Shown here one piece after another: positions 51,540-64,000 of a DNA stretch of 64,000 nucleotides. Source of the stretch: Chiloscyllium plagiosum (taxonomy: Eukaryota); NCBI RefSeq assembly GCF_004010195.1, contig NC_057720.1, positions 13,411,108 to 13,475,107 on the forward strand, written 5' to 3'. The position numbers and the translations under genes were made by a program. The notes below the pieces were generated by a model. That model made no database searches and had not been told where the DNA came from. It was given only the letters and a program-made list of their open reading frames with translations. Within the stretch, counting starts at the first letter, position 1; each line of letters opens with the position of its first letter.

Positions 51540-52000
51540 CAAGATGTGTGAAACTTGAAATGGTTCAGAAAAGATTTACAAAGATGTTGCCAGGGTTGGA
51601 GAATTTGAGCTAGACGGAGAGGTTGAATAGGCTGGGGCTGTGTTCCCTGGAGTGTCAAGGCTGAGGGGCGACCTTATAGAGGTTTACAAAATTATGAGGG
51701 GCACGGATAGGATAAATAGACAAAGTATTTTCCCTGGGGTGGGGGAGTCCGGAACTAGAAGGCATAGCTTTAGGGTGAGAGGGGAAAGATATAAAAGAGA
51801 CAGCTTTTTCACGCAGAGAGTGTATGGGATGAGCTGCCAGAGGAAGTAGTGGAGGCTAGTACAATTACAACATTTAAAAGGCATTTGGATGGGTATATGA
51901 ATAGGAAGGGTTTAGAGGGATATGGGGCCATGTGCTAGCAAGTGGACTAGATTAGGTTAGGATATCTGGACCGTGCTATACATCTCTATGATTCTATAAG
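51540..52000 (+). mobile_element. CR1 3' fragment
   Basis: RLRGDLIEVYKIMRG; tail CTCTATGATTCTAT. Confidence 0.85.
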
Positions 52001-52411
52001 TCAACTTAATTCAATGGGACCATTGGAGTCTTGGAAGGCTGTGACTTCAAGCCTCAGTATGGATTTGAGATTGTAATCTGCATATAAAGTGTTACCAATA
52101 GATTTTTGGACTTTAAGAATATCAAAGGATATGCAGGTAGAAAGGGCACATTGTGGTTGATGTCAAATCTTTATTGTGTGCAGTATTGGTCCCATTATTT
52201 AAGGAAGGATGTAAATGCATTGCAAGTTGTTCAGATGAGGTATACTAGCTTCATTCCTGGAAGGAACAGGTTGTCTTATCTGGAAAGATTGGAAAGGCTC
52301 TATTTATTTTTAATGGAGTGTCATGGAACGAGGGTCAGATATCACCCTTTGAGAACTGAGATGGACGATATCTTTTCCACCAGAGGATTGTGAAACGTTG
52401 GAACTCTCTGC

Positions 52412-53272
52412 TTAGGGCTTAGAAGGAGGGTAAGTAAATTTGAGGATGACACTAAAGTCAGTGAAGTTGTGGGTGGTGCCAAAGGAAATGTAGAAAAGTG
52501 TGAGGTGATTCACTTTGGAAGAAGCAACAGGAATAAAGAGCACTGGGCTAATGGTAAGATTTGTTTTAGTGTAGATGGGTAGAGAGATCTCGGTATCCAT
52601 GTACATAGATCCCTGAAAATTGCCACCTAGGTTGATAGGGGTGTTAAGAAGGCATATGGTGTGTTAGCTTTTATTGGTAGAAGAATTGAGTTTTGGAGCC
52701 ATGCGGTCATGTTGCAGCTGCACAAAACTCTGGTGTGGCCACACTTGAAGTATTGCTTACAGTTCTGATCACCACATTATAGGAAGGATGTGGAAACTTG
52801 GAAAAGGTGCAGAGGTAATTTACTGGAATGTTGCCTGGTATGGAGGGAAGGCCTTATGAGGAAAGGCTGAGGGACTTGAGGCTGTTTTAATTGGAGAGAA
52901 GAAGGTTGAGAGGTGACTTAATTGAGACATCTAGGATAATTAGACGGTATTAGATAGGGTGGACAGGGAAAGCCTTTTTCCAAGTATGGTGACGGCGAGC
53001 ATGAGGGGACATAGCTTTAAATTGAGGGGTGATAGATATAGGACAGATGTTGGAGGTAGGTTCTTTACTCAGAGAGTAGTAGGGGCATGGAACACCCTGG
53101 TTGCAACAGTAGTAGACTCGCCAACTTTAAGATCATTTAAATGGTCATTGGATAGGCATATTGATGAGAATGGAATAGTGTAGGTTAGATAGGTTTCAGA
53201 TTGGTTCCACAAGTCAGTGTAACATTGAGGGCTGAAGGGCTTGTGCTGTGCTGTAATGTTCTATGTTCTATG
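52412..53272 (+). mobile_element. CR1 RT C-terminus and 3' tail (same subfamily as the 13343-16716 element), nested in an older CR1
   Basis: Close similarity to 16015-16716; (TGTTCTA)n tail; host CR1 at 52160-52410 resumes at 53273-53480. Confidence 0.85.
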
Positions 53273-55211
53273 GTTGTATGCTTTCGAAAGTGGTGGAGGC
53301 AGGGTCATTAAGTATTGTTAGGATGAGGGAGATAGATTCTGGTTAATCAGGGGGTCAAGAGTTATCAGGAGTAGATAGTGACTGTGGACTTAGGAACACA
53401 AACAGATTAGCCATGAATTTATTAAAAGGCAGAACAGGCTTGAGAGGCCAAATGGCCTACTTCTGCCCATATTTGTACATTTGTACCTTTATTTGTTTGC
53501 ATATTTGTACAGAATTGGAGGGCTAAATGGTCTATTCTTGCTCCTGTGCCCCTACAGAGCATTCTTTTCTATGTCATGTACAATGGCAATATGAGACTGC
53601 TAAAGAAAAGTTTTCTTCATAATTTGTGAATGCCATTCAAATCAACACAATTCATTTTACACTCGTTCATTTCCTCATAAAAATTATCAGCCATGTTTAA
53701 GCAAAGATTAATGCAGCAAGTACAAAGCATTTTTAAAAATTGCCTGCTGGTTTGGCCAAAACATTTTGATGTATTAGTTCCAAAGCTGGTGAATGAATCT
53801 TCTCATTTGATACCCTGTATTTGAAAATGGCTGTGTTTCCTGATTAGTTTGATTTGTTTACACTAATCTGGCCTGTTGATCATACTCTGCTAATGTGTCC
53901 TAGATATCATGCTGTGCAATGTTCACGCACGTTAAGAATGATGACGTTTAAGTTGTAAGGAGAAGAATGTTTCTAATTAGCTGTACTTGCACACGAGGAT
54001 GTGTAAATATTTATGTAGCCAGTCCCATCCATGTGGCTGGTAATCAGTTCTTGAACTGCGACTATCTCCTGTCACAGACGCAGAGCAAAAATAAATGAAA
54101 ATCAATAGGAAATGATTAGTGCTGGAGCCCAGGTGCTGCAGTGGGTTAGAACACTAACCTTTCACCTTTGGATTCTGAGAGGGAATGAGGGACCGAAACG
54201 AAATGAATTTTGGAGTGTTCCCAGTGGATAAGAGGCAAAGGCACTACACTAAAAGTACTAATTTGCAACAAGCAAACTGACTTCACGCTAGGGCCTTACA
54301 TCCGGGGCAGAGACAGGACTTATTTTCATCCTCTTAACCTTCTGTAGATTTTGAAGAGCAAGATGAAAGGGAAGGTTTTAAACCCACTGATCCACCCAGT
54401 CCCCTGGGGCCATGTTATTTAATATATTTTTTACCCACCTTTGTTAACGTAAGCACAATCCACTTCCACTCCAAACAGCCTATAATTCCTGGGTGTATTA
54501 TACTGACTGCTCAATCATACAGGATTGAACGCAACATCAAATGAGGCCGAGTTGGTTTAGTACACAGACTAAGGATATGTTAACTAACAATAAAAGTCAA
54601 CAGATACGAAGGTAACTTGAAATTACGTAAGAATTTCATAACCACTGGAAGGTCCGATATACCTTACAGTTTATGTAGTGCTTGTCGCGATGTATAAAGC
54701 AGGAAAATCAATTTCTGAACAGAAAACTCCCATAAACGGTGGTGTGGTAATGACCAGATAATCTGTTCTTTAGTGATGCGGGCCAAGAGATAACTATAGG
54801 CCCAGGAGGGGCCACAAGGGGAGGTGATGTGGTACTATTGCCAGACTATTATTCCAGAGACTCAGATCACGTTCCGGGGACACGGTCTGAATCCTGTCAA
54901 AGCAGATGGCAGAATTTGAATCCAATGAAAATCTGGAATTAAGAGTCTAGTGATGACCGTGAATCCATTCATTATTCATTGTCGGAAAACACGTCTGGTT
55001 CACTAATGTCCTTTAGGGAAGGAAATCTGCCATCCCTAGCTGGTCTGGCCACATGACTCCAGACTCTCAACTGCCCTCTGGGCAATTTGGGAAGACAGTA
55101 AATGCTGGCCCAGCCAGCGATGGCCTCATCTGTGAAAGAATGAAAAACGGACATGAGGCGAAAGCTCCTGCCCTCTTCCGAATCACAGGATTCTTTCCAA
55201 CTATCTGAATC

Positions 55212-56215
55212 TGGAGGCTTGTGACCAACAGTGTGCCGCAAGGATCAGTGCTGGGTCCACTGTTGTTCGTCATTTGTATAAATGATTTGGATGTGAATAT
55301 AAGAGGCATGGCTGGTCACTTTGAAGATGACACCAAAATTAGTGGTCTAGTAGACAGGGAAGAAGGCTACCTAAGTGTACAATGGGATCTTGATCAATTG
55401 GGCCAGTGGGCTGAGGAGTGGCAGATGGACTTTAGATAAATGTGAGGTATTGCATTTTTGCAAGGCAAACCAGGGCAGGACTTGTACAGTTAATGGTAAG
55501 GCACTGGTGAGCGTGGTCAAACAGAGACTCCCAGGGGTGCAGGTATATATTTATTTGAAAGTGGCGTCGCAGCTAGGCAGGATGGGGAAGAAGGCATTTG
55601 GCAGATGAGCCTTCATCGTTCAGAGCATTGAGTACAGGAGTTGGGACATCATGTTGCAGCTGTACAAGACATTGGTTAGGCCACATTTGGAGTATTGCAC
55701 ACAATTCTGTTTGTGAAATGATATTATTAAACTGGAAAGGGTGCACAAATATCGACAACGATGTTTCTGAGACTGGAAGGTTTGAGTTATAAGGAGAGGC
55801 TGGCTCTTCCTTCCTTGGAGCATAGGAGGCAGAGAGGCGACATATAAAGGTTTACAAAATCATGAGGGCCATAGATAAGGTGAATATCCAAGGTTTTTTC
55901 CCCTTAGTAGGGGAGTCCAAAACTGGAAGCCTTAGGTTTAGGGTGAGAGGTGAAAGATTTAAAAGGGTCCTGAGGGGCAACTTTTTCACGCAGAAGGTGG
56001 TGCCTGTATGGAACGAGCTGCCAGAGGGAATAGTAGAGGCTGGTGCAATTGTGACATTTAAAAAACTTTTGGACAGGTACATAGATAAGAAAGGTTTAGA
56101 AAGATATGGGCCAAAAGCAGGAAAATAGGACTGGTTCCGTTTAGGAAATCTGGTTGACACGGATGAGTTGGGCTGAAGGGCCTGTTTTCATGCTACATGC
56201 CTCTTATGACTCAAT
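55212..56215 (+). mobile_element. CR1 RT to 3' end
   Basis: [39 protein letters not shown]. Confidence 0.9.
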
Positions 56216-56589
56216 GTGGTGAGCATCTCACTGTGACAGCTCACAACTGGTCTTGAAAGACTGCCAGAGATCAATTACTTGCTTAATCCCAGGCAGGAGA
56301 GGACACAGGGGTGTCAGTAATCAGGAGCTTGTCTATGTGGGTGGCAATAACCTTCATAGCTCAGAGGTTGCAGGATTGCAACTACACAATGGGGACCCAG
56401 CTGCCTTAAGTATGTCATCATCTGGCTGCCTCCATGGATAGGCTGTTGGTTGCCATGGAGAGCTAGGTCCAGCGGTCTTAGGGTCTACTGGATACATGCA
56501 CACTCCATCATCCCAGTCCTTGATGGACAGGTGGCAGTGAGCAATGTGGGAAGTGTCACCCTTGCATAATTGTTGCTGGTTTCATAGTG

Positions 56590-56818
56590 GAGAAAGTGAG
56601 GTCTGCAGGTGCTGGAGATCAGAGCCGGAGATGTGTTGCTGGAAAAGCGCAGCAGGTCAGGCAGCATCCAGGGAACAGGAGAATCGACGTTTCGGGCATA
56701 AGCCCTTCTTCAGGAATAAGCCCATTCCTGAAGAAGGGCTTATGCCCGAAACGTCGATTCTCCTGTTCACTGGATGCTGCCTGACCTGCTGCACTTTTCC
56801 AGCAACACATCTCCGGCT
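56590..56818. mobile_element. Fold-back PLE mini-element with intact hammerhead cores on both strands
   Basis: ~97-bp near-perfect inverted arms; cores at 56686-56713 (-) and 56728-56755 (+); 14-bp TSD CTGGTTTCATAGTG. Confidence 0.85.
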
Positions 56819-57402
56819 CTGGTTTCATAGTGCATATGTTCGTTTCAGTGCCTGTGTAGCTCTAGCTCTGAATGTAACTGTGTCAGCTTGATGCCTAATT
56901 TAATGTCCATGTTGGGTGTACCATGGGTCGATGTCTGTGCTGAGGGCCTGTTTTGGCTGGTGGAAGCAAGAGGGACAAGACATAAACATGGCAAGTTCTG
57001 CCAGAACTTCATTAAAAGGTGCAACAAGTTGTTACAGACAGCGGGATAGACTGCATTTTCTTGTAATTCCACCATGTTTCTCTCCATAATCCATGTTATT
57101 CAGGCCCCTACAAGATTCCGAACAAGGACTTCTCTCATGCAGGCAGAACAGTTGCTCGCGCATTTTGACAAGACAAAAAAAATCAAGTCACAAAGTGTTC
57201 TGATATAGACAGCTTGTAGGTGGCAGTGTTTTCTTCTTAGAAAGTTTTACTTCCCACTCCATTTTTCAATGTGAACTTAACATTAAGCCACTTTTCCCCT
57301 TATAATCTCATTTCTCTATTTTGACTTGAAGTGGCATTGCTGTTTAATTACTGGTTCCCTATTGTAAATTTACACACCGCATTGCAGTGAGTGTTGATGA
57401 CA

Positions 57403-58060
57403 TGAGTTGGGAAGTACAGACTGGGAGCAATTGTTCCACAGAAAGGGCACAGCAGACATGTGGAGACTATTTAAGGAGCAGAAGGCATTTTACTCATACG
57501 TAAGGAATAAGAGAATGATCAGGGAGAACGTAGGGCTGATCAGAGATAGCGGAGGGAACCTGTATGTGGAGTCTGAGCAGATAGGGGAAGCCCTAAATGA
57601 GTTTTTTGCTTCGTGTTTTACCTAAGGAAAGGGACCTTGTTGTGAATGAGAACTTTGAGGAGCTGGGATGCAGTCTTGATCAGATCAAGATTGATGAAGT
57701 TGATGTGCTGGAAATTTTGGAAAACATTAAGATTGATAAGTCCCCAGGGCCAGACCAGATTTATCCCAGGCTGCTCCGGGAATCGAGAAAGGAGGTTGCC
57801 AAGCCATTGGTGAAGATCTTTGCCTCCTCATTCTCTACAAGGGTCGTACCGGAGGATTGGAAGGAGGCGAATGTTATTCCTCTTTTCAAGAAAGGTAATA
57901 GGGAAATCCCTGAAAATTATAGACCAATCAGTCTTACATCTGTGGTCAGCAAAGCTTTGGAAAGAATTCTGAGGGATAGGATTTCTGACTATTTGGAAAA
58001 GCATAATGTGATTAAAGGCAGACAGCGTGGCTTTGTGAGGGGCAGGTCATGCCTTACAAG
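57403..58060 (+). mobile_element. CR1 ORF2 internal fragment
   Basis: KSPGPDQIYPRLL...NYRPISLTSVV...GFVRGRSCLT. Confidence 0.9.
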
Positions 58061-58275
58061 TAACTGCAGTCACTGAAGGAGAGATGAGTACCTTTATGCA
58101 GGATCATCACTTGTTGTGTGTTATATAACTAGCTTAAAATGTGGTCTTTGGAGAAATACTTGGTTTTCTCCCACTTTCTTGGCCTTCATCAGACCTTCTC
58201 AGAAATCCTGGAAATGGTTGGCTCCATTGCAGATACTTCTTCTCTGCCAGAAATCCCCACAAGTCGGTGGAGATA

Positions 58276-58488
58276 CAGGTATCCCCTGCTTTTCAAATGT
58301 TTGCTTTTACAAAAGACCTACAAAAGCGCCTGTTTTCACTAACTGAAAGAAATCAAAAGTAGATTTTTGCTTTTACGATAAAAGGCGAAATTTTTCCCAT
58401 ATAAATTAATACTTCGTCTATTTACACCATTTCGGCTTATGAAAGGTTTCATCGGAATGTTCTACTTTCGGATAGCGGGAGATACCTG
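58276..58488. mobile_element. pogo/Tigger-type MITE (213 bp)
   Basis: TA|CAGGTATCCCCTGCT ... AGCGGGAGATACCTG|TA: imperfect TIRs with TA duplication. Confidence 0.75.
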
Positions 58489-58827
58489 TATTGAATTTTT
58501 TTTCAGGGAGTAGACATGTCATTGTGAAAGCCCTGTGGCATGAGGACAATATGGGCTACTCAATGGAACTGACTGACTGCATCTAGTGCCTCAATGCTGA
58601 GGATGTTGGCCTGAGAGGGGACACTGATATTGGACAGTCTATTGTTGTCTTTCCTTTTTAAACAAGTTACAGACCAGAATGTTATGAATGCATTTGCACA
58701 GGTTCTCACAATGCCAAAGCAATCAAATCAATACGAACATAAGCCAGTACCAAAGCTAAACAATCCCACTTTATTAGGAACAAAATTACAATAATCTTTA
58801 ATACTGAACAAACTATCCCTAATCCTA

Positions 58828-59100
58828 GCTAAAAACAATGACTGCAGATGCTGGAAACCAGATTCTGGATTAGTGGTGCTGGAAGAGCACAGCAGTTCAG
58901 GCAGCATCCAAGGAGCAGCGAAATCGACGTTTCGGGCAAAAGCCCTTCATCAGGAATAAAGGCAGAGAGCCTGAAGCGTGGAGAGATAAGCTAGAGGAGG
59001 GTGGGGCTGGGGAGAAAGTAGCATAGAGTACAATAGGTGAGTGGGGGAGGGGATGAAGGTGATAGGTCAGGGAGGAGAGGGTGGAGTGGATAGGTGGAAA
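58828..59100 (-). mobile_element. Young PLE family A terminus with intact hammerhead core (58926-58953, minus)
   Basis: Near-identical to the reverse of 5402-5626; short TSD AATCCTA. Confidence 0.85.
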
Positions 59101-59300
59101 AATCCTATGTGGCCCTGTAAAGTTACAATACTTTGAGAGTTTCTTGTAAATTTATGCAGTCGCTCTCTCTGGGGCTGTCTCTGGGTCTATGAAGCTGCTT
59201 CGTATCTCTCTCCCTCTGGATGAAGTTAAAAATCACACAACACCAGGTTACAATGCAACCTGTTGGGCTACAACTTGGTGTTGTGTGATTTTTAACTTTG

Positions 59301-59496
59301 GTAAAACAATGACTGCAGATGCTGGAAACCAGATTCTGGATTAGCGGTGCTGGAAGAGCACAGCAATTCAGGCAGCATCCGACGAGCAGCAAAATCAACG
59401 TTTCGGGCAAAAGCCCTTCATCGGGAATAAAGGCAGAGAGCCTGAAGCGTGGAGAGATAAGCTAGAGGAGGGTGGGGGTGGGGAGAAAGTAGCATA
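59301..59496 (-). mobile_element. PLE family A terminus inserted into a palindromic family B terminus (59222-59545)
   Basis: 14-bp TSD GATTTTTAACTTTG (59287-59300 and 59497-59510). Confidence 0.85.
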
Positions 59497-59959
59497 GATT
59501 TTTAACTTTGCCTACCCCAGTCCAACACCGGCTCCTCCACTTCATCTCTCAAAATGGTCAGCAGGTCTCTGCCTATTGCTGTGCTGGTCCCCTCGTAAGG
59601 CCTCAGACAATTCCAGAGATTCAGAGACTGGGTCCAACAGAGTGGTCTGCAGGTGAACGCATGCTTTTATACCTTTTAGATGGTCTTCTGGAAATTGATA
59701 TTGTTCTGGCCATTCAGGGAGGTACACTTAAGTGTTTGAAACAAGAGTCAATTTTTTATCTGGCTTGCTACTGTCAGTTTCTTGGTGTAGCAGGACCTGC
59801 TGCTTTTCTGTCTGGGCCCTCTGTCCAGAATAACTATTACCTTTTACATTATGCTAAAGTCATCAGCAACTGGCTGTTGTATTAGCACTGTGTCTGGTGT
59901 GTGGGTTTTTGTGATTTCAGAGTTTCACTTGGCCAATGTACCCAGCATCCCTTGCAGTT

Positions 59960-60240
59960 TGGCCAAGTTAGCAATCTGTCTGTGTGTTTAAGCAGCCAGG
60001 AAGCTACTGCATTATCCTGCCAGGAGGTTTGCAGGGTTTTGCAGAGGTGTCCCTGGTGGTATTCCTCAAGGGATTTGAGATCCCTGCTGCGAATTGTCCA
60101 TATCTACGATGCCCATGTCTGCTGGCTGGTAACACTGCCAATTTGTAAACCATGAGCTTGGTGTTGGACTTGATGTTTTTGTCATCAAACACTGTTCCTC
60201 AGCTCGCCAAAGCTTATACTGGCATGTTGGAGGCAACACT
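59960..60240 (-). mobile_element. RTE-clade LINE fragment
   Basis: Reverse reads VFDDKNIKSNTKLMVYK...WTIRSRDLKSLEEYHQGHLCKTLQTSWQD, like RTE/BovB ORF2. Confidence 0.7.
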
Positions 60241-60889
60241 GAATTTCTTCCATGTCTGGCCTCGTTGAGAGGTGGCTCCCAAGCTGTGGGAATTGAACCA
60301 CATTGTCCTGCGGCACACAACTGGGTTTGATAGTTGAGTAGCATTGATGTGCCATGGGAGCAGGATCTTTGAGGACCTTTATCGTCTGAAAAATTAGCCT
60401 AATATCTCTGAGAATGCATCAATAACAGTTTGGAGTTAGTACAAATGAAATAGTCATCTGCATACTGCAGCTTGACAACAGAAGTTGTGGCTGATCCTCA
60501 CCCATGTGTTGCAGATGGCATCTTGCACTGAATAATGGTACTGCCCTGAGGACTCATAGTAACTGGAGAGCCTCATGCATTCAGTCAGATTCACCCTGCT
60601 GCAGGTTTAGCATTTCTCAGTCACAGCTCCTTTGTTGTATGTAACGATTTTACAAGGTGAACCATGTGTATATGATGGGGCTAACTGTTGTCAGCAAATT
60701 TGACTGGGTCTGCCAAAAGTGCTCGCTTTTAACCATATCTAAGTTGCCCTTCATAATCCTGAAGGCTCAGGCCCCACTTTACGAAGTACATACGAACCCC
60801 ACTATTTTAAAAAGGGGTAGACAGAAAGCAGAGAATTATTGACCAGTTAGCCTGGTGCCAGTAGTAGGGGAATTGCAAAATGATTGGAT

Positions 60890-61675
60890 TTGGGGTTCGG
60901 GCTGGGAAGAAGGTAGCCAAGAGTACAATAGGTGGATGGAGGTGGGGATGAAGGTGATAGGTCAGAGGTGAGGGTGGAGTGGATGGTGGGATGGAAGATT
61001 GGCAGGTAGGACAGGTCATGAGGATGGTGCTGAGTTGGCAGGTTGAAACTGGGGTAAGGTATGGGCAGGGGGAATGAGGAAACTGGTGAAGTCCACATTT
61101 AGAATTAGAATCCCTACGGTGTGGAAACAGGCCCTTCAGCCCAACAAGTCCACACCAACCCTCCGAAGAGTATCCACTCAAACCCATTCCCCATTACTCT
61201 ACATTTACCCTTGATGCCCAGGGGTTGAAGTGTTCCCAAGGCGGAAGATGAGGCGTTCTTCCTCTAGGCGTCGGGGGTGAGGGAGTAGCAGTGGAGGAGG
61301 TTCAGGATCTGCATGTCCTCATCAGAGTGGGAGGGGGAGTTGAAATGTTGGGCCACAGGGCGGTGGGGTTGATTGGTGCAGGTGTCCTGGAGAAGTTCTC
61401 TAAAGCGCTCTGCAAGAAGGCATCCAGTCTCCCCAACGTAAAGGAGACCGCATCAGGAGCAACGGATACAATAAATGACATTGGTGGATCTGCAGGTGAA
61501 ACTTTGATGTGGAAGGCTCCTTTGGGGCCTTGGACGGAGGTGAGGGGGGAGGGGTGGATGCAAGTTTTGCAATTCCTGCGATGGCAGGGGAAGGTGCCGG
61601 GTGGAGGGGAGGGTGGGTTGTTGGGGGGTGTAGACCTGACCAGGTAGTCACGGAGGGAACAGTCTTTGTGGAAGT
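60890..61675 (-). mobile_element. PLE family A GIY-YIG region with a V-SINE 3' fragment inserted (~61098-61210)
   Basis: Homologous to 21650-22320; GTFPCHRRNCKTC...NVIYCIRCS. Confidence 0.85.
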
Positions 61676-61909
61676 GAGACAAGAATTTGTGATGAAAGAA
61701 ACAGATTCACTTGGTTGCTCGAAATTTGAAGCAAAAGCAGAAAAACCTGAGGAAAAAGCTCAGTAGGTTTTGCAGTAATTACATAACAAAAGATAAACAG
61801 GGTTATCAATCTGAGACCTCTCATTAGAACTGAATTTGAATGAGAAGGGCTGCAATGATAGATTTGCATAACAATATCTGGGAGGAGACTTAATTGGAAC
61901 AAGAATATA

Positions 61910-62350
61910 TAAGACGAGAAGAATTAGGAGCAGGAGTGGGCTGTTCGGTCCCTCAAGCCTGCTCCATATCAATAGGATCATGGCTGATTTGACATGCCTG
62001 ACATCCACTTTCCTGCCTTTTACCCATAACCTTTGATTCCCCGACTGATCAAGAATCTATCTATCTCAATCTTAAATATACACAAGGACTCTGCCCCACA
62101 GCTCCATGTGGCAAGGAGTTCCAAAGACTCACAATCCTCTGAGAGAGGAAATTCCTCCTCATCTCAGTCTTAAAGTGGCACCCTTTAGTCTGAGACGACG
62201 TCCTCTGGTCCTAGATTCGTCCTTCAGGGGAAATGGCCTCTCAACATTTTCCTTGTCAAGCCCCTTAAGGATCTGATATATTTCCATGAGATCACCTCTC
62301 ATTCTTCTAAACTCCAGTGAAACTCCACTCAAACTCCAGAATCCCAGCCT
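61910..62350 (-). mobile_element. CR1 3' fragment
   Basis: LEFRRMRGDLMEIYQILKGLD...SRTRG. Confidence 0.8.
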
Positions 62351-62629
62351 GAATGGACAAGACTGCTTCCCAGATATCCGATAATCCCCTGTACTTTGAT
62401 ACCTCTGTGCCATGATTAGGAGGTAATGCTGCTTTGGCAGAAATGTTGCCTTTAAATAATCCATTAAATGGTGCTCCCACCCACTAATTGTAGATTGGGT
62501 TGGCACAAATTAGTTTCGGAGAATGAGAGGCAACCTTATGGAAGGATCCAAGGCTCTTGAGGGACTTGACAGGATAGATGAGAAAGAGTGTCCAGACAGC
62601 ATAATCTCAGAATATTGGGTCATCCAATT

Positions 62630-62922
62630 GGGAGGCACAGTGGCTAGCACTGCTGCCTCACAGCGCCAGAGACATGGGTTCAGTTCCTGCCTCAGGCAAC
62701 TCTCTGTGTGGAGTTTGCACATTGTCTGCGTGGGTTTCCTCCGGATACTCCGGTTTCCTCCCACAGTCCAAAAATGTGCAGGTTAGGTGAATTGGCCATG
62801 CTAAATTGCCCGTAGTGTTAGGTGAAGGGGGAAATGGGTCTGGGTGGGCTGCTTTTCGGAGGGTTGGTGTGGACTTGTTGGGCTGAAGGGCCTGTATCCA
62901 CACTGTAAGTAATCTAATCTAA
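62630..62922 (+). mobile_element. V-SINE inserted in a CR1 fragment (62505-63170)
   Basis: V-domain and TAATC tail; CR1 resumes AATTAAGACAGAAATCAGG. Confidence 0.85.
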
Positions 62923-63529
62923 TTAAGACAGAAATCAGGAAGAATTTCTTCTTTGAGAGAATGTGGAATCTATCGAATTCTTTGCTGGAGAGGTTGGATC
63001 TTTATATACATCCAAGGCTGAGATGGACAGGGTTTTAATCAAGGAGAGAATCAAGGGATATAAGGAAAAGCAGGAAAGTGGAGTTGGGAATATCATGATC
63101 TCATTGAATAGCAAAGCAGACCTGATGGGCTGAATGGCCTCCTCCTGCTCTTATATGATACGGTCTTATGCTTTTAATTCCAGGGAAGGGGATGAGGGTG
63201 GTAAGTGCTTGATAAGAATCCCTTGGCGCTAATTAAAAAACAGTAGGGATTTCTATCAACATCTGGGAAATTTTCGTCCCTCAATACGTACCACCAACCG
63301 CCTTGTGGCAGTTTATTGGACATTTGTTTGATGACAATTTATTTAATCCTGTGATGCTTCTCTCAGTAGGCTTTACCTTGTGGAGATATACAGCTGCTAT
63401 TGGAAGATGTGGAAATTTCCTGTACTAGATGCCCCTGCTAGATGTGTTCTTTAGGCTGGAATATTCAAACTCCTCTGTCTACAGAGGTATTTTATAAACC
63501 TTTTAATTATACTTTATACATTAATGTCC

Positions 63530-63850
63530 AGATAGTTTTTTCCCAGGGTGCAAAGGTTAACTACAAGAGGGCACAGATTCAAGGTGAGAGGGGGGAGTTT
63601 AGGGCCCAAGTGCGGAGAAAATTGTTCACACAGAGGATGGAGGGTGACAGAAACACACTGCCATTGGAGGTGGTGGAAGCAGGTACATTAGGAATGTTTA
63701 AGGCCTATCTTGATAGATACATGAATGGGAGGCAGAGAGAGGGATAGTAAATATGGCTAATAAATAGTGGGTCTAAATAAGGATTAGGAATTGGCACAGG
63801 TTTGATTGACCAAAGAGCCTGTTTCTGAGCTGTATTGAATCTTTTGTAAT
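63530..63850 (+). mobile_element. CR1 3' fragment
   Basis: RKLFTQRMEG..NTLPLEVVEAGT...FKAYLDRYM. Confidence 0.75.
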
Positions 63851-64000
63851 AACATCTGAAGGAATGTTTCCTCTAGGATTCCTTGTCTCGGAAATCTTTG
63901 CACTAGAAATTTCCAGCCCTCAGTAACCTCTGTGGTGTTGTCAGATGGGAGACTGGACAGCACAAGCCTGGGTTTTGTAAGCACCTGTGTGCAGAGCCCA

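Overview
Eukaryotic, repeat-saturated non-coding DNA (intron or intergenic) with three assembly gaps. The repeat repertoire (V-SINE/HE1-like SINEs, Deu-domain SINEs, CR1, L2, Rex1, RTE, Tx1, Penelope-like elements) points to a cartilaginous fish, probably a shark; this is an inference from repeat families only. No host protein-coding gene could be recognised: the ORF track is almost entirely transposon debris, antisense shadows or gap artefacts. Main content: a near-full-length but disabled CR1 LINE (SGNH-esterase ORF1 plus APE-RT ORF2, 13.3-16.7 kb), many CR1/L2 fragments, about 10 V-SINEs, a second tRNA-derived SINE family, at least four families of Penelope-like (PLE, GIY-YIG) sequences, a Tx1 3' end with a 16-bp TSD, pogo/Tigger-type MITEs and a Gypsy integrase relic. 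Most interesting signals: (1) the PLE termini of four families carry minimal type-I hammerhead ribozyme cores (CUGAnGA-stem II-GAAA-palindrome); (2) several short TSD-flanked fold-back PLE derivatives are present, one with an intact hammerhead core on each strand; (3) a 25-bp minisatellite appears to have arisen from the Gypsy integrase NG-x-x-ERAVKT codons and was later segmentally duplicated. Most boundaries are approximate, read by eye.
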